Notes: generated from the letters alone by a model not told the origin. DNA of 64,000 bases from Trichosphaerium sp. ATCC 40318 (GCA_038496445.1 JALMLS010000062.1:434001-498000), one strand, 5' to 3'. Shown: positions 13,626 to 27,665, counted from the first letter of the stretch. Numbers and translations: made by a program.

Positions 13626-14469
13626 GGTTAACAAAAGGGAAAACAAATGAAAAAGATTTGCTTACGAAACACAATTCGATTTCTGCTGTACCCTGTGGAG
13701 TAATATATTGTATCATAGCATACTCTACTGAAAATTACAAACTATCGGCAAAACAAATTGGCCGGATTTTCATTTCTTTCGTATTTGTTTCATACGAAAT
13801 ATTTCCTATCTTCAATTTATAAACTCCGTGGTCTCTCGGTTATGGGTAGGAATCACATGCAGTCCTGGTAACATTTACTACCCATGTACCATTAATAAAA
13901 CCTACAAGAACCACCGAGCAGTTGCATGAGATACAAACGATGTAACGTGTGATGGGACCAAAATATAGTACTGCAAACATTACAAAATTCTGCAATAATT
14001 TATTGGTTTGGGGAGTTACGAACGGTAGCACAAAGAAAAGAACACTGTCGGTGCTGTAATGTAAAGTGAGCATCTAACTCGTGTACAGCATAAACCAATC
14101 AACTGGTAGATTTGTTTATTATTCCGGCCCATCGAGTCGTCATCAAAAAAGTCAACTTTTGTAAACCCAAAAATTGTGGATTTCACAATAAAGAATACGT
14201 AACTCCCCAATGTCGCAACAACGCCGTGGCTTTTCCAAGTATTATGACAAACGCCCAAAGGAGCGCGTGTTGAAACGGTCAAACAGAGAATCCATACAGT
14301 ATGTACTTCATAACATCTGCGATACTGGCAACTAATATTTCTTAGAGCTCCGATTTTGACAGCAGCATTGAAGCCTTACGGATTTACCTATGTTGACTAT
14401 CCCGTGTAAGACGTTTGGACTAAACTTTAAAAGCAACGTAACATTATTGGTATTGGAAAAGCCAAGACA

Positions 14470-15670
14470 CCAATGGCATTTTTCACCTTCAAGTGGCATA
14501 GTAAGATTTTTGAAAACTTGTTACTCACAAGCACATATGAACAACATCACACTGACCTAAAAAATGGGATCACTACCCATATGACGAACTTCTATGGCAT
14601 AGTGATATGGCATGGGATTATTGGAATACAGAATATTCATACATTGTGGAGCACAGGTGAAGCATAAATTTTATTTACTGGGAAAACAGGTTTGTTGCAA
14701 CTTAATCACTACTTCAACATCTCTGCCAACATGAAATTTGATGCTAACAGGGTACATTCATTTCTAGTGATTGTCTTTAAGCGCCACATGGTACCAGGTT
14801 ATTTCACTTGTGCTGATGAAATCTGTATTCCATCATAATATTTCAATTGTCATATCAAAACTCACAACACTAGGAAACCATACGCATGGGCCATAGAATT
14901 GAAGTGTCTCGATGATTCGAACTAGGATTCTGATTGACTTTATCAATACTTTGATATAGCCTCATCTCACACCAAATGAATCCTTCTTTCATGTGCAAAA
15001 TGGTCGAAAACAATTGGAAGGTGCCATTTTTTTACATGTGACTCTAATTTTTGTTCAGCCATGGATCTCAACAAGCCGGGGGAATTTGACTTAGACGCTA
15101 CTTCATCATGTAATACCAACCACTTTCAGTGGCCTTGAAGCAATCACTTGCAAAAAAAGTGCCTGTGGGATACACAAGATTGGCACCATTGGACAAAACT
15201 GTTGCATTTGCAACAAATAACAATGAAATCGTAAAGTTGGCCACCACTCTCTACTGTGTGCATGATGACAAAAGTTCATTTGACAGTAGCAATAAAAGGT
15301 ATGTTCAAAAATAAAAATGATCACACCAAGGGAAATAGTGATCAATTTGGCCAGCTGGTCAAGTCCTATTGTACAGGTAGGCGGTTCAAAAAATGGAACA
15401 TGACACTTCTTGTTGGTTGGTTTTACTACACCCTCACAACTGCTTTTATTCTGTATAAGTGTCAAAACGGCCCTTACTCCCAAAGGTTTTTTACAAGAAA
15501 TTGCAACGGAATTGCTTCTCACAGGGACAGGAAAATAACCTCCTAATAAATTTGTGACAGTTTTTTTTTTTTTTTTTTTGTGATTTTTCATGACGACTCC
15601 TTTGGCCGGTACAGCACAAATATTATACTGTCGTATAAGGTTCCACCATACTCCAGAGTGAGTGTGTTAA
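14470..15670 (+). mobile_element. Degenerate piggyBac (DDE_Tnp_1_7-like) transposon fossil
   Basis: Across frameshifts and stops: FKRHMVPGYFTCADE, KTHNTRKPYAWAIELKCLDD, FTCDSNF, KGNSDQFGQLVKSYCTGRRFKKWNMTLLVGWFYYTLTTAFILYK, all colinear with piggyBac motifs. Possible right end ...GTG-TTAA at 15667-15670; left TIR not found. Confidence 0.75.
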
Positions 15671-15716
15671 TACGTTTTGTAGCGTAGTGGTTAGTACGAG
15701 ACAATACTCTATTTAT

Positions 15717-16238
15717 CTAACACCAACGATCGAAAGTTGTTGTTATCACGTGTCCTCCACTTGTATATTTTGCATTAGGCACTTTTTCATGTATCAATTT
15801 GATGACGCTTGCATTTGCGTTTTTGTAGCTAGGAGATTGTTTGAATGTATCCCATTCACCTACTTTTCCCTTTGAAAGATACTCTATTATCCACAGTTTA
15901 TGATCATGACTGTACTTTAAAAAGACAGATGCTATTGGACTGTCATTTGTTGATACAATCCAGTAGTATTTAGTCAAATCATCGTCATGCCCTGTGAAAG
16001 AACCTGTGTATGAGCTCATTTTCAGTTGTTTCCTATTCGGTACTGCAACGTTTGTGTCGATTGGTACTTCTTTAGACATTAGCGCCCTTCTTTTTTCTTT
16101 GTGTAGCTCCTTCATGAGCAAGCACGTTGAGGAAGCGCTTATACCATCTACATTGTTCATTTTAGAAAGCGTTACTGCGATTAGTTCTCTAGGTAAGTCT
16201 AAGACCGAGAAACTTGTGTAGTTATGCTCGTTTGTCAT
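15717..16238 (-). CDS. Intronless F-box protein
   Basis: VLDLPRELIAVTLSKM...SASSTCLLM F-box-like N-terminus in a 173-aa ORF. Confidence 0.65.
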   Translation of the reverse strand: MTNEHNYTSFSVLDLPRELIAVTLSKMNNVDGISASSTCLLMKELHKEKRRALMSKEVPIDTNVAVPNRKQLKMSSYTGSFTGHDDDLTKYYWIVSTNDSPIASVFLKYSHDHKLWIIEYLSKGKVGEWDTFKQSPSYKNANASVIKLIHEKVPNAKYTSGGHVITTTFDRWC

Positions 16239-16829
16239 TGTATGTTGTGGTTTTGTTGCTTGTTGTTTATGTGGTGCAACTCAAGTAATGTTGTTGGTTA
16301 AATAAGTGAGAATCTTTCCAAAAACGGAGAATTCTATTTGTTGAATGCTTTGCAAAGCTTCTTGTGGGTGACATATAGAAAAGAGTGACAATTATCAATG
16401 CTTTGTAGGATATTGTGGATTGTAGAGAAAACCCAAGGGCCGTGCTCTTGTACACTTCTCAAAAAAATGGTAGCAATCTCAAACTTCCTTTTTTGTCAGG
16501 TATTGTTAAACAGCCATTTGGATCCAAAAATTGAAAAGTTTTTGTTTATCAACAAATTATGACAGTTAAGATAAATTGGACGAACGCACGTAGCGTGAAA
16601 GTAAGAATGTGTTGGAAGTCACCTATACGAGTTGATTGCATAAATCTGTCTTATACTCTTTTGAGGGTACAGCACCATGGGTGCTAAATTTGTGGCGTCA
16701 ACAGCTGCAATGTTGTTACATCTCGCACAAAATCGTATATATATCACTGGAAAACAAAAGGCGTAAGGCACATGGATGGTACTGGTTTTTTGAGCTATCC
16801 AACTAACTTGCTTCGTCAATAGTTAACAA

Positions 16830-17560
16830 CGAAATTACCCCTAGGCTTGGCACTGACGCTACAGCGAACATAAAATGCTAATGGTATCGATTCTAATGGC
16901 AATTTACGCGTTAATGACTACAACTGATTACGGAAGAAAACCAAGGAAACATGTTTAAGGTAGAGCTACTTCTTAACTTGTTTCTCATTTTTTTCTGAAA
17001 GCAGCTATTAATGACCTCATCCAACGAGGTGCTCCTGTTGATGGTACAGATATACAAGGACATTTCAAAGGTTTAGTATACCATGAGAGAGTTAAACAAA
17101 GGCTTGACATTGTCTGATATACCCAAACGGAAAAAGAATTCTAAGTACGAATTGTATCCAGCTACCTTGTCTTTTGTTAATTGTTCCAGTCACGGTCACT
17201 GAGTACGATAGCTCTACATCAGATATACAAAGACGTGAGAAAAACTTCGACCGTTTGTATTATACAGCATACGCACCTCCCAACGTTGAAGCAATCCTCA
17301 TGTGGTGATTGGGTATTTTTGTTTTGAAGTTTATTCAGGTATCCAACCTTTTATTAACTCGTTGAAGGTAACCACTGGAGAAAAAATACTCACATTGTAG
17401 ACATGGACTGGATTGTCAATGCTGCTGGCCTGATATACCAAGCTCTCATGAACCTATGGCAAACAACCACTGTAGTGCATACAAACTAGTCGATACCATG
17501 CAACATATGACGTTACTGTCACCTCTGGTGTTTACAGTAAGACTGTAAATGTTCCAAAGT
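16830..17560 (+). pseudogene. Glycoside hydrolase family 10 (xylanase-like) pseudogene, C-terminal half, intron remnants
   Basis: LRVNDYN, DLIQRGAPVDGTDIQGHF, VKQRLD, VTVTEYD (nucleophile motif), AYAPPNVEAILMW, interrupted by stops and frameshifts. Confidence 0.7.
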
Positions 17561-17683
17561 AGCACCGAACGGTGTGTCGCTTACTTTAACTTACCTTAAA
17601 TAAACAATGCTTCATAAACAGGACTTGACTTAACAGTTGCTGTATTTAAGTCATTAGCTGACAGTTTGCCGAACGAGATACCA

Positions 17684-20600
17684 ATGTCGGATCTATACGC
17701 CAAGCAAAAGAAGTTTTGGAATCGTATTCAAACAGATGTAAACTCGTTCCTTGATTCAGGAAATTGGAAAGATGCTAAACGAGGCTACGCTCAGCTCGTT
17801 AAACAAGATACAAACAGAGCCAGAAAGAAAAAAACAAGGCTAGACAACGACACTCTTCTTCTTCACAAGGTACGCTATAAAATAGGGATACGAGTAACAC
17901 CAGCGTAGTGCGCCAAGGCTTATGTGTATGCAAGGTACAAATTTTGCGTTTTCTGACCTAGCCCAACAATATCTACAGATTACCACCTGACATGGTCGAT
18001 TCGTCGTTCGATAACCTTCTTCAATCAATTCAGACATCTCTTGTACAAAACAAGGGCCAAATGGAGAAAATGCCCCAAATTACTCTGCATTACATTAAAC
18101 GCGCGTCCAGATTCGCGTGGCAGCCAGGTTTGTGATTATTACGCAAATTTGATCTTGCTAGACATAAAAGCGCTACAATACGCTTACATACTAACCAACG
18201 CTTTAAATAGAGGTTGGATACGCTGTTTTTGATAAAGCGCACAGCATCGCCAAAGATGATTGGACACTAAACAGCAAAATATCATTCGCAATCGCTCAAG
18301 AAAACTGGAAGGCAGTGATGCAGGTAGAGAAAACACGCAAAAACACATAAAAAAACTTTTCGCTTTATTTTTAAGTCGTTCTGTCTAATACTATCTTTAA
18401 TACGCTTATCTTGTATATTAGATAGCCATCAGACAATTCATGATGACCAAGAAGCCAATGTACAAGTTCTGGCGCATTGCAGTTCACTTTCAGAAGGTAT
18501 ACAAGCAAGAAAAAAAATTTCCTTTAGTTTTTTTATGAGTAAGCCAGATTTTTACTTAACGCACTTAGGGAGAGTTTGAAACAGCCAAAAAACTCATGGT
18601 CGGTGCTCTTGAACATATAAAGAAGCAACAAGAACTAGAATTATGCCTAGCAATACACTGGCATCTAAATGAACATAAAGAAGCGCTTGAATTATTAGAA
18701 AAACATGGATCTGTAATTAAACTTCATCATGAGTCTCTAGAGTTTACTTTGAAGTCTCAACAAGCTCTTGGTCAATGGAAAGAAGCTCTTGAAACTACAG
18801 AGAAGCTAATCGAATTCCAGTACGCTCAATCAAAAGACGTAGTCCTCTCGAGTTAAGTAATGGTTTAGAATTGATGGTTGGAACTATTATATGGCTTATT
18901 TCGATGCAGCACAACAACTCAAGACTGATGCTGATACTGTCAGAGAATTTGTTACTAGTAAACAAACAGAAACCCTAAAGCAAGGGGCAAAGGCTGCTAG
19001 AGGACCATTCTTAGCAATGATGGAATGGGAGATGAGACTCACGAAAGGTAAAAGAACTGGTGTACTTTTCTGCTGATTTTTTTTTAGATTGTGATACTCC
19101 AGACTACGCTAAGCTCAAGGAATCTATCCTTGCATACTTTAATATGTTCAAGACAAAGGCTTGTTGTTTTAGAGACCTGAGAACTTACCTCAATGTGCTC
19201 TCAAAGGCAGTTTTGGAAGATATAATAAAAGCCCTTGATCAAGACAACACAATCGACGCTACTGAAGAGTTCTCAGAAGGTATGTCATGCAAGTTAATCT
19301 AGTGCTTCTAGAGAATCTAGAGGGTGAAGTTAAAGCATATTTCAACTAACAACATCCCCCACAGAGGATATCAAAGGAGGCGTTGCTTTCAGTGCACAAT
19401 CAAAGCGTGTATTCACTTACACCAATGTGGAAGCATGTAAACTTGCTATGGCCCAGAAGTTCGATACTGATTTTAGCAAAGACACTTATGGAGACACGTA
19501 TGTTCGTTTATAACCGTTCTTATACACGACCAAGTCTATGTTAATCTAACCAGAAAAATTAGAGTTGAAAATATTCTAAAAATTGTATTACGTGAACGTG
19601 CTTTAGAGAAGCAATACAGGCCCAAAAAGGAAGATACTGAAAGGTGCATTACTGATAATCTAGTTTCTATAGCATCAAGGTACGTCATATTAAAGAAACA
19701 AACACTTTTTTTTACTTCTTGCATTTAAAACTAAAGTGTAATCCTCTAGATACTTGCAATGCTTTGGAGATATCATTAAGGCTATTGTTGTGTTATCCTA
19801 TGGTGTAAACGAGAGTCCATTCAACTTTCAGTTCAAGCTCAACCTCATACAGTTGTATACAAGCCTAGGTACATACCAGGAGAAGTTTTTATCTTAAAAT
19901 ATTCTAATGTTATTCTTGTTAGGCGCAGTAAAACCTGCGTGGAAACTCTTTGATGGCCTTGACATCAAACACACTTCGCTTGAGAATTTGTCATACCTTA
20001 TTCTAGATGGTCTCATGGCCAACGCTGGGCACAAGGAGACACGCACTTTGTGTTCACGAATTCGCAAATTCCACACCAGCAATTTCTTTGACGTAAGTGT
20101 TTGTGCGATCTTCAACCGCTTTTATAGTAATTTGCTTACTCAGTATACTTAGACCACCGATGCTGTATTTGATGCCTTGCAGAAGGAATCTTATTCGAAG
20201 ATAGCTGAGATAATGGAGTTCCGCAGCACTTTATCTCGGTCAACACAAGTACGACTTTTTGTATGTGAACTGTATTAATAACTACCTCCTTAGAGATATT
20301 CTGCAATTGTAGCTGATGCAACGACAGCTCTGACATATGATTCAACTTTACCAGTGTTCAAGAGAGGCAATACAACTTGGCAAAGTGCTTCAGGTCTTTG
20401 GAAGCAACTTAAGAAGTTACCTACATCTTGTATGTCTCTAAGCCTAACGGAATTATAACTTATGGCAGTATTAACTTCTCGCATTTCTGTAGCAACCTCT
20501 AAGGAGACTTGTACATCTCAGTATGATAACAAAACTATCGACACTTGGCAGTTTGAGTCAAGACAAGAGTTTGAAAGCAGAAATATTTGTACTGTTTGTT

Positions 20601-21967
20601 GGCCTTCTGATGCACAAGTTTCACTCATAAGAGCGTATACACTTGCCTTGCAATCCATATCTGGTTGTTTTGATAATGTATCATCACCTGAAGAGTGGAC
20701 GCGCATTGTCAAGGAATTCAAGGAAACCACAACAGCACTAAGTGCATGGTAAGCAAGAAAAAAAAAGGAAAAGAATCAACGATCTTACTTTATGTTTAGG
20801 AAGGACAAAATGACTTTTGTTTGCTCCTGTTTCGAAGCACTGGAGGGAATCGTATCCGTACAAGCTACCCTCCAAAAGCTGCTCAAGAGTAAAAATGGTA
20901 CGCTAAGACCAAAAACTCAACAAAAAAAAAGCATTTACTGACTTTTTTTCAAAGTTAAAGAACTAGAAGCCGAAATTGCTGCTGTTGATGAAAGCTTGAA
21001 GTCTGTAGTAAAATTAGGTACGGTGTATCACTTACATTACCTTTAAATTAAGTGGATGACATACTAATACTCTTGTGTAGTACAACAAAATCGTGAATCA
21101 TTAAGCAGTCTTAATGATTCAGAAAGACTAAGAGGAACAACACTTTTCGTACAAACTACATGGTTCATTGTTGCACATAGTCTATCGATGAAGAACACAA
21201 TCCAAAATTTGCCAAAGAAGACCCCAGCATCCATAAGAACTCAAGTACGAACACAACTCCTAAACACTTTCGAAAAAAAAATCTTGAAATCGTTTTGGTA
21301 ACGACAGTTCGACTTGAGCGTGACTTCATGACAAATCATGACTTCACCTCTATTTAATACCTTGGCAATATATTGATAACATTGTTTTATGAAAATATAT
21401 GTACTCCTGTGCTTGGTTTATTGATTTCTTTGTAGGCAAATATTATAAAAAAATCGGTGCTTGAGAATCACAGTTCACTTGTAACCAATTTTAAGGAATC
21501 TACTAAAGTTTCAATCAAATCACAAGTTACACTACCAGAAGGATGTAGCTCTTTTTTCACAGAGGTACGAGTTGTAATGTTACATAAAACTTTTAAACAA
21601 AGATACATGCTCTTCAAAAGAAAAGAAACTTTATATTAACACGTGGAAAACCAAGAACATCTTTGAAAGAATGAAGAAGTTTATATGTCCTTACACTTCT
21701 TTCAAATTATTACTTTGTTTACCCCACACAAAGAGATTCTGTTCATTCTTGAGAGCCCAAAAAAGCCTGTTTCTCAAGAAAGAGACTGCCTTGTTTTTGT
21801 TTTTCTATTTTCAGTTTTTTTGTACTATTGGTTTGCTTAATATAACTTCTTTGTAGATTGCACACAAGCAATTCTTGGAAGTCAAATCTCATATAGAAGA
21901 TAGTGTTAAGGAATCAAAGAGTGCGCTAGAAGCTGTAGTTACAAGTAAAATTAGTCTACTCAAATAA
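17684..21967 (+). CDS. NAA25: N-terminal acetyltransferase B auxiliary subunit (NAA25/MDM20), multi-exon
   Basis: TPR-like N-terminus, RGPFLAMMEW, YFNMFKTKACCFRDLRTYL, SPFNFQFKLNLIQLY, LDIKHTSLENLSY. Confidence 0.85.
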
Positions 21968-22531
21968 ATGGCTTTTACATGACAATGATATTATTATTGT
22001 GAGTCAAATGTTTCGTGTTTACCGCATTTTTATTAAAAAAGATTTTACCGAAAACTTCACTTAGATGTCATACGTTGAATAGCGCTTGTATCCTCTAATT
22101 TGGGTTCGAATATTTTGAATACAATGCTCACAAACAGTGTCTTTCAAAAATATGGGTTTGACATTAAAACCATATTTTTTAAAAAATGTTAAAGCTAGTT
22201 TTCCGAGATTGTTTGGGTGCCCAGGTAACCCCTCTAGAGCACACAAGCTAGCTTTATCCTTATAGAGTACGTTGTGATGTTAGGTTCAGAAAGTCACATG
22301 CTTGCTACTATCGGGAGTTAGCTTTTCAAAAGTAAAGTTTAAATAGCGTCGTTTCAGGTCTTCTGCTTATTCACACTGTGTTTTTAGGGGATACCTGGAT
22401 TGCTCTTATGACAGAATTTTAGAGGCAAACTCAAAGAATGATGCGTGATCCCCACCGAATAAATGTATCAAAGAAGAAATATTTTTGTATTTTATTGTTT
22501 GTACGATTGGATTGAAGTCTCTGCCTGAAAC

Positions 22532-23824
22532 TTAATAGTGCGTATAAAATATTTTAGATTTCTGCAAGGCTTTTAGGTCTTTTATGCATTGGTTTGTCAC
22601 CTTCTTACAATACCGAATTTCAATGTCATCAACATTTACAAGTGCCTTGATGCTCTCATCTGTTATTTGAGTACACATCAGCAATTTGATTGTATGAACG
22701 CCTTTGAGGGCTTTGATTGCTTCATCTGTAACCTGTGTAGAGTACTTCAGGGTTATAGTATGAACACCTCCTAGAGCTTTAATACCATTGTCAGTTACTT
22801 GATCACATGCGCACAAGGTAATCAAATGTACATTTGAAAGTGCTTTTATACCTCTATCTGTTATGTTGTGACAACGTTCCAAGATGATAGAATGAACACC
22901 TTTCAATGATTTGATGCCTTTGTCAGTTAATTGCGTGCAGTGTGCTAATGTAATTTTATGAACACCTTCAAGTGATTTGAAGCCTTCATCTGTTATTTGA
23001 TCACATAATGTAATACTAATGGTATGTACTCCCCTGAGTGCTTTTACACCTTCATCTGTTATTGAAATACTCCATAGGTGTATCGTATGGACTCCTTTTA
23101 GCGCTTTAACACCCTCATCTGTTACCCCACAGAGTATTAGGCTGATTGTATGAACTCCAGCAAGTGCTTTTACACCTTTGTCAGTTATTGAATTGTTGTT
23201 GAGGTAAATTGTATGAACTCCAGCAAGTACTTTGACACTTTTATCTGTTATTTTAATACATCTTCTTAAGTTAATAGTATGAACGCCAGCAAGTGCTTTG
23301 ACACCTTTATCTGTTATTTTAATACATCTTCCTAAGTTAATAGCATGAACGCCAGCAAGTGCTTTGACACCTTTATCTGTTATTTTACATCCTTCTAACG
23401 TAATAGTGTGAACGCCTTTTAGTGCCATGATACCTTTGTCTGTTACTTTTTGACAGTCTTCCAAACTGATTGTATGAACCCCTTTGAGAGCCTTGATACT
23501 CTTGTCTGTTACAGTTGTATCACGCAGTATAATATCATGAACTCCTATGAGATACTTGTAGTTATTATTAAATCTTGCTTGTGGACCAATTCTAATCTTT
23601 TTTGTTTTTATTAATTTCGGTGCTTGCTTCCACAGTCTCTTCAGCTCTTTCGGATTATTTATTCTTATTGTTGTGCGCTTATATCCAAGGTAGTTTGTTG
23701 CTATTTTAAAGAACAGAGCACATGTTTCAACCACAGATTGAAGAGAGGACGCAGGAATAAAGCGTAAAACAAGTACTATTATCTCCACAGGCAAGTAATC
23801 TATAAATCGGATATTTGCGTTCAT
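22532..23824 (-). CDS. Intronless F-box + Cys-containing leucine-rich-repeat protein
   Basis: FIDYLPVEIIVLVLRFI F-box, then about 13 repeats of GVHTIxLxxCxxITDxGxKAL. Confidence 0.9.
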   Translation of the reverse strand: MNANIRFIDYLPVEIIVLVLRFIPASSLQSVVETCALFFKIATNYLGYKRTTIRINNPKELKRLWKQAPKLIKTKKIRIGPQARFNNNYKYLIGVHDIILRDTTVTDKSIKALKGVHTISLEDCQKVTDKGIMALKGVHTITLEGCKITDKGVKALAGVHAINLGRCIKITDKGVKALAGVHTINLRRCIKITDKSVKVLAGVHTIYLNNNSITDKGVKALAGVHTISLILCGVTDEGVKALKGVHTIHLWSISITDEGVKALRGVHTISITLCDQITDEGFKSLEGVHKITLAHCTQLTDKGIKSLKGVHSIILERCHNITDRGIKALSNVHLITLCACDQVTDNGIKALGGVHTITLKYSTQVTDEAIKALKGVHTIKLLMCTQITDESIKALVNVDDIEIRYCKKVTNQCIKDLKALQKSKIFYTHY

Positions 23825-24421
23825 AATACAATCTATTCTTTTGCTCTACAATTGAATAAATTAAGCTAATAGTTACTGCTCGTTTGAGATTTATAGCCAC
23901 TCTGAGACTAAAAACGAAGACTAAGCATAAAAAACAGGTGAATGAATAATCTTGACTAAAAACAATGTGTGTTTGATTGTAACGTTTGAAATGTTTGAAA
24001 TGTTTGGAATGATAGACGCTCGTGCTAGGGGAGAATGTTTTTAGCACCGTAACCTAGGTAGAAAAATAGCATAGGAGTAATATATGCTAGTCAAATACAG
24101 TATCCTCTCGTGAAGTGAGAGCTGTAGCTTGATACTCAATTGAATGTTATTACAATTTTTTTTATGAACATAAGACTAAATACTTTTTTCACGTGTTTGT
24201 AATACTACAATTGACTTTGTTCTTCAATATAAAAGTCCGTACACAGCAATGTTGGCAACGTGTCACACAAAACCGCATCAAAAATTACCACCAGAGATGG
24301 TTGTTCATATTCTATATTATCGTAGGCTACTGATTTCCGGAATAATAATTGGGAATTTCTTCAAAAATAGAAAATATGTGTGCCATTAGAAAAAAACTCG
24401 ATGTAAATAGAAATAAGATAT

Positions 24422-26807
24422 TCATTGCGAGTTTAAGGTTCCATTTGTACTCACAAGGTTTGTACTAATATTGTTCGTTATGTGTGGACTTGTATCAACT
24501 GTTTTTGTATCAATGGGGCCCATACTTGTGCCAACAAGCCTTTTTTTCATCCTTTTACAAATCATATGGTACAATACTATAATTTCGTCAAGAAATGCCT
24601 TGATAACTAAACCATATGAGATACGCAAATCACCAAGTTTAGACGAAAAACTAAAGCGCGTACCTAAGCACCCCAGAAACAGAATAAGAGGCCTTGAGAA
24701 AAGATTGAACATACTCCATACAGAATGCCACCAAGCTGGCATTAGTTCCCATTCTAGGTTGTATTCCGTATAAACACGTGTTTCGAAACGGTATTTTTTT
24801 TAAAATCAAAGCGTACCACATTGTCCAGGAGTTGCACGTTCGCATTGAACCCACTCATAGAAAGTTTCACTGGCTCGTTTATCAGAATAAGATGCTCTTT
24901 TTATAGTTAATGCTCCGGACACGATAGAAAAATATATAAACAACAGCATCCATACAATCAATACTGCTTGGCTCCTAATATACCTCACCTTTGAATCTAC
25001 TTGATGCTTCCCGGCTATTTTCACAAGGGACAAATAATTCTATGTACGATCAGTAAACAGTTTATGGTATTTTCTACGTACTTTGCTAACAAGAGCAGCA
25101 AAAATAATTATCCCAATAGATCCAACTATCGCAACAAATAGTATTGTGAATGACACTGCAATATTCATTTCTTGTGAATGATTAAGAACTAATAACCATT
25201 TAGTACACGTGAGCAACAAAACAACAAATACAAGACAAAAAAGAGAATTTCCGAAAAAAATTATTCACGTTGATTGAAGTTGTTGATGCCGTACGAAAGC
25301 AATGAGATGCTAAAACAGAAGAAGATCCAAAATTTCTTCTAACCAGAAAGTATGTATCCTCTAGCATAACAATAATCCACGGGATGATAACAAAAGCAAT
25401 TCTAAATTGAAAGTTACTTAATTCCGGAGATTTTTTTGATTTAATTTGATTTATGTACTGTATATATTTGTGTGGAGGCTTCTTTCTCTTGAATGTGTAA
25501 ATCATACCGTAAACCCACATGAGAAAAGTGTAATTAGATAGTTCCAAAAAGTGGAAAAGCCAAAATCCTAACATCGTTAATTAATTTAGAACGAAAAAAA
25601 TCGGAATAACCTTGTATAGTGCATAAAGCAGAGTCTTGTTGTCTGTTAGATATCTCGCTGTTTAAACATACAAGATCTCTCGGATTACTAAATATACTAG
25701 GAAGATAACCTATACAACTCAACCACGTGTACCTAAAAACAGATGTAAAAAAAATAAATAGAAAGAAAAAAAAAAGGTACCAAATCAACAAAGAATGATT
25801 TAAAAGCGGAAACTTGTGCTTCAAGGCAACCCGAGTTGATACAATAACAGCAAATAATCCAATTATCATTGACACTGGAGTAAATACATACATGAGCTGC
25901 AAAATGTTTCAGAGTTCAAGTAAATCAGTTTCGGTATAGTCACAACTTACTGCCAGTTCTACTGGAGGTGCTCTATCATCAAGGAAGCGCGGTAAGCACC
26001 CAGTACTACATAATCCATCAAATCCGTATTCATGATCTTTGTTTAATCCCATTGGGTAGACACAATCTGTGGGTAGAGTCTGTGTACTTTCAGCATTGCA
26101 ATTTGGTCTTTCACCAAAGTCTGGTATCGAAACTACGCAAGAAAAAATTAACACGTGGTATCTAAGACATAACTTGTACTTGACAATACAGTTGTGACAC
26201 TTGAACAATTGGTCAACAACCTGGCTGCGTCTTCTCCGAAAGTACCAGTTAGGCAGGTATTAAGATCTTGGCATATATCTCTACAAATTGGCATCGGCCA
26301 CGGCGTGTTGCCTGAAAATAGGATTATTAACGGTGAATTAATTTAACCGCAGTTTACCTGTACATCGCTTGTATACGCTCTTACAAATAACCTCCTTTAA
26401 CAGAAGACCACACCTAATAAAACTGATTAAAATTGGATTTAAAAATAACGTTTTTTTAAAGACACCATTCGTCATAAAACACGTGTTTTTATTTGAATGC
26501 GTTAACGCTCTTGCAAGCTCTTAATAAACAAGAGATTCAGGCGAAACATAACAATGACGCCAATGACGTACCGTTTTGAAACAAGCGAAACATCTGATAC
26601 TGTAATTCCGAAAGTGTCCCTGTAGTACTCGTCTACAGCTTCTGTGGTGACATTTGGAGGAAGTATAAATAAATAATCGTCTGAAAACCCACATGGGTTA
26701 CTTGTACTGTTTACACTGACGCATTCAAATGCAAGACACGTGTGTAATGTTTCGAACGTGAATAGGACAAACAATAGTCCCCAAACCATGGTTACTGTTC
26801 CCGCCAT
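24422..26807 (-). CDS. Frizzled/Smoothened-like 7TM GPCR with Cys-rich extracellular domain, multi-exon
   Basis: Signal peptide, CRD (PWPMPICRDICQD), CVYPM linker, CTIQG..HFLEL helix, multiple TM exons, EWVQC..GQC loop. Confidence 0.75.
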
Positions 26808-27665
26808 GCAGCAGTTTGCTAGCCTTTTTTCAACACGAAATGTGCCTATTTCAACCTGTTCAAACTAATTTTAACATATTTTAAGGTAGCATAAGTTTGT
26901 TGACGGCCACAAAATGAAGCGTACACTTCCTTCCGGCAGTACTCATACTGTTTTCTGTGCTAATCTATGTGTGTTGCCTTACTGCGCTACCCACGCTAGC
27001 ACTGGATCTCACCATATAAAAAGGTAATTGCACTAGAAACCATTGCAGGCAAGAACAATTGGTTCGGCCCTGGTTATGGTGAAAATGAAAGATGGCTCAC
27101 AATGTTCTAGAAATGCCAAGTTGAGTGAGCATGTATTTTTATCATAATTGTATAATTGACTTTCGCTACAGTTTGCCCTACCCAACACGTTGCTTCACTT
27201 AGCTTTTAGTATTAATAACATTTCACTGAATCATCGCCAAGGAGCCAGGTTGAAAACGGCTTTCAAACCCTAAGCTAAAAGCTAATTAAAAAGGTTCAAT
27301 GGCCTAAGAAAGCTTTCTCATTACATCCAAACATGGTATGAATGCCTCAGACAGTTTGCCAGATGTTTGCTTCAAAAAAATCAAGCGTAAAACTTGCTAG
27401 CGCTGACACTAGCGCCTAGCCCACGCTACGAAAAGCCTCTCGCAGCCTTCATACAGCAAATCAGGTACAATAACGTGAAAACCCAAAACACTGCCAGTGT
27501 TCTGTAGGCTTTGCAAACGTCAGGCGTCAAATATGTAAAATAAATAAATTGGCCTGATGTTTGTTAAATCACGTGCGTTGAAACAGGATTTTCTAAAAAA
27601 AATCTGTTTGGCAGATATATTTAAAAATGTGATATTTGCTCGTTCTATCAGAAGTGTCAAATCTG

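Noticed and set aside
22532-23824. CRISPR-like array or integrated giant-virus genome
   Set aside because: The repeats are coding LRR units, and no viral core genes (capsid, polB, packaging ATPase) are seen in the window.
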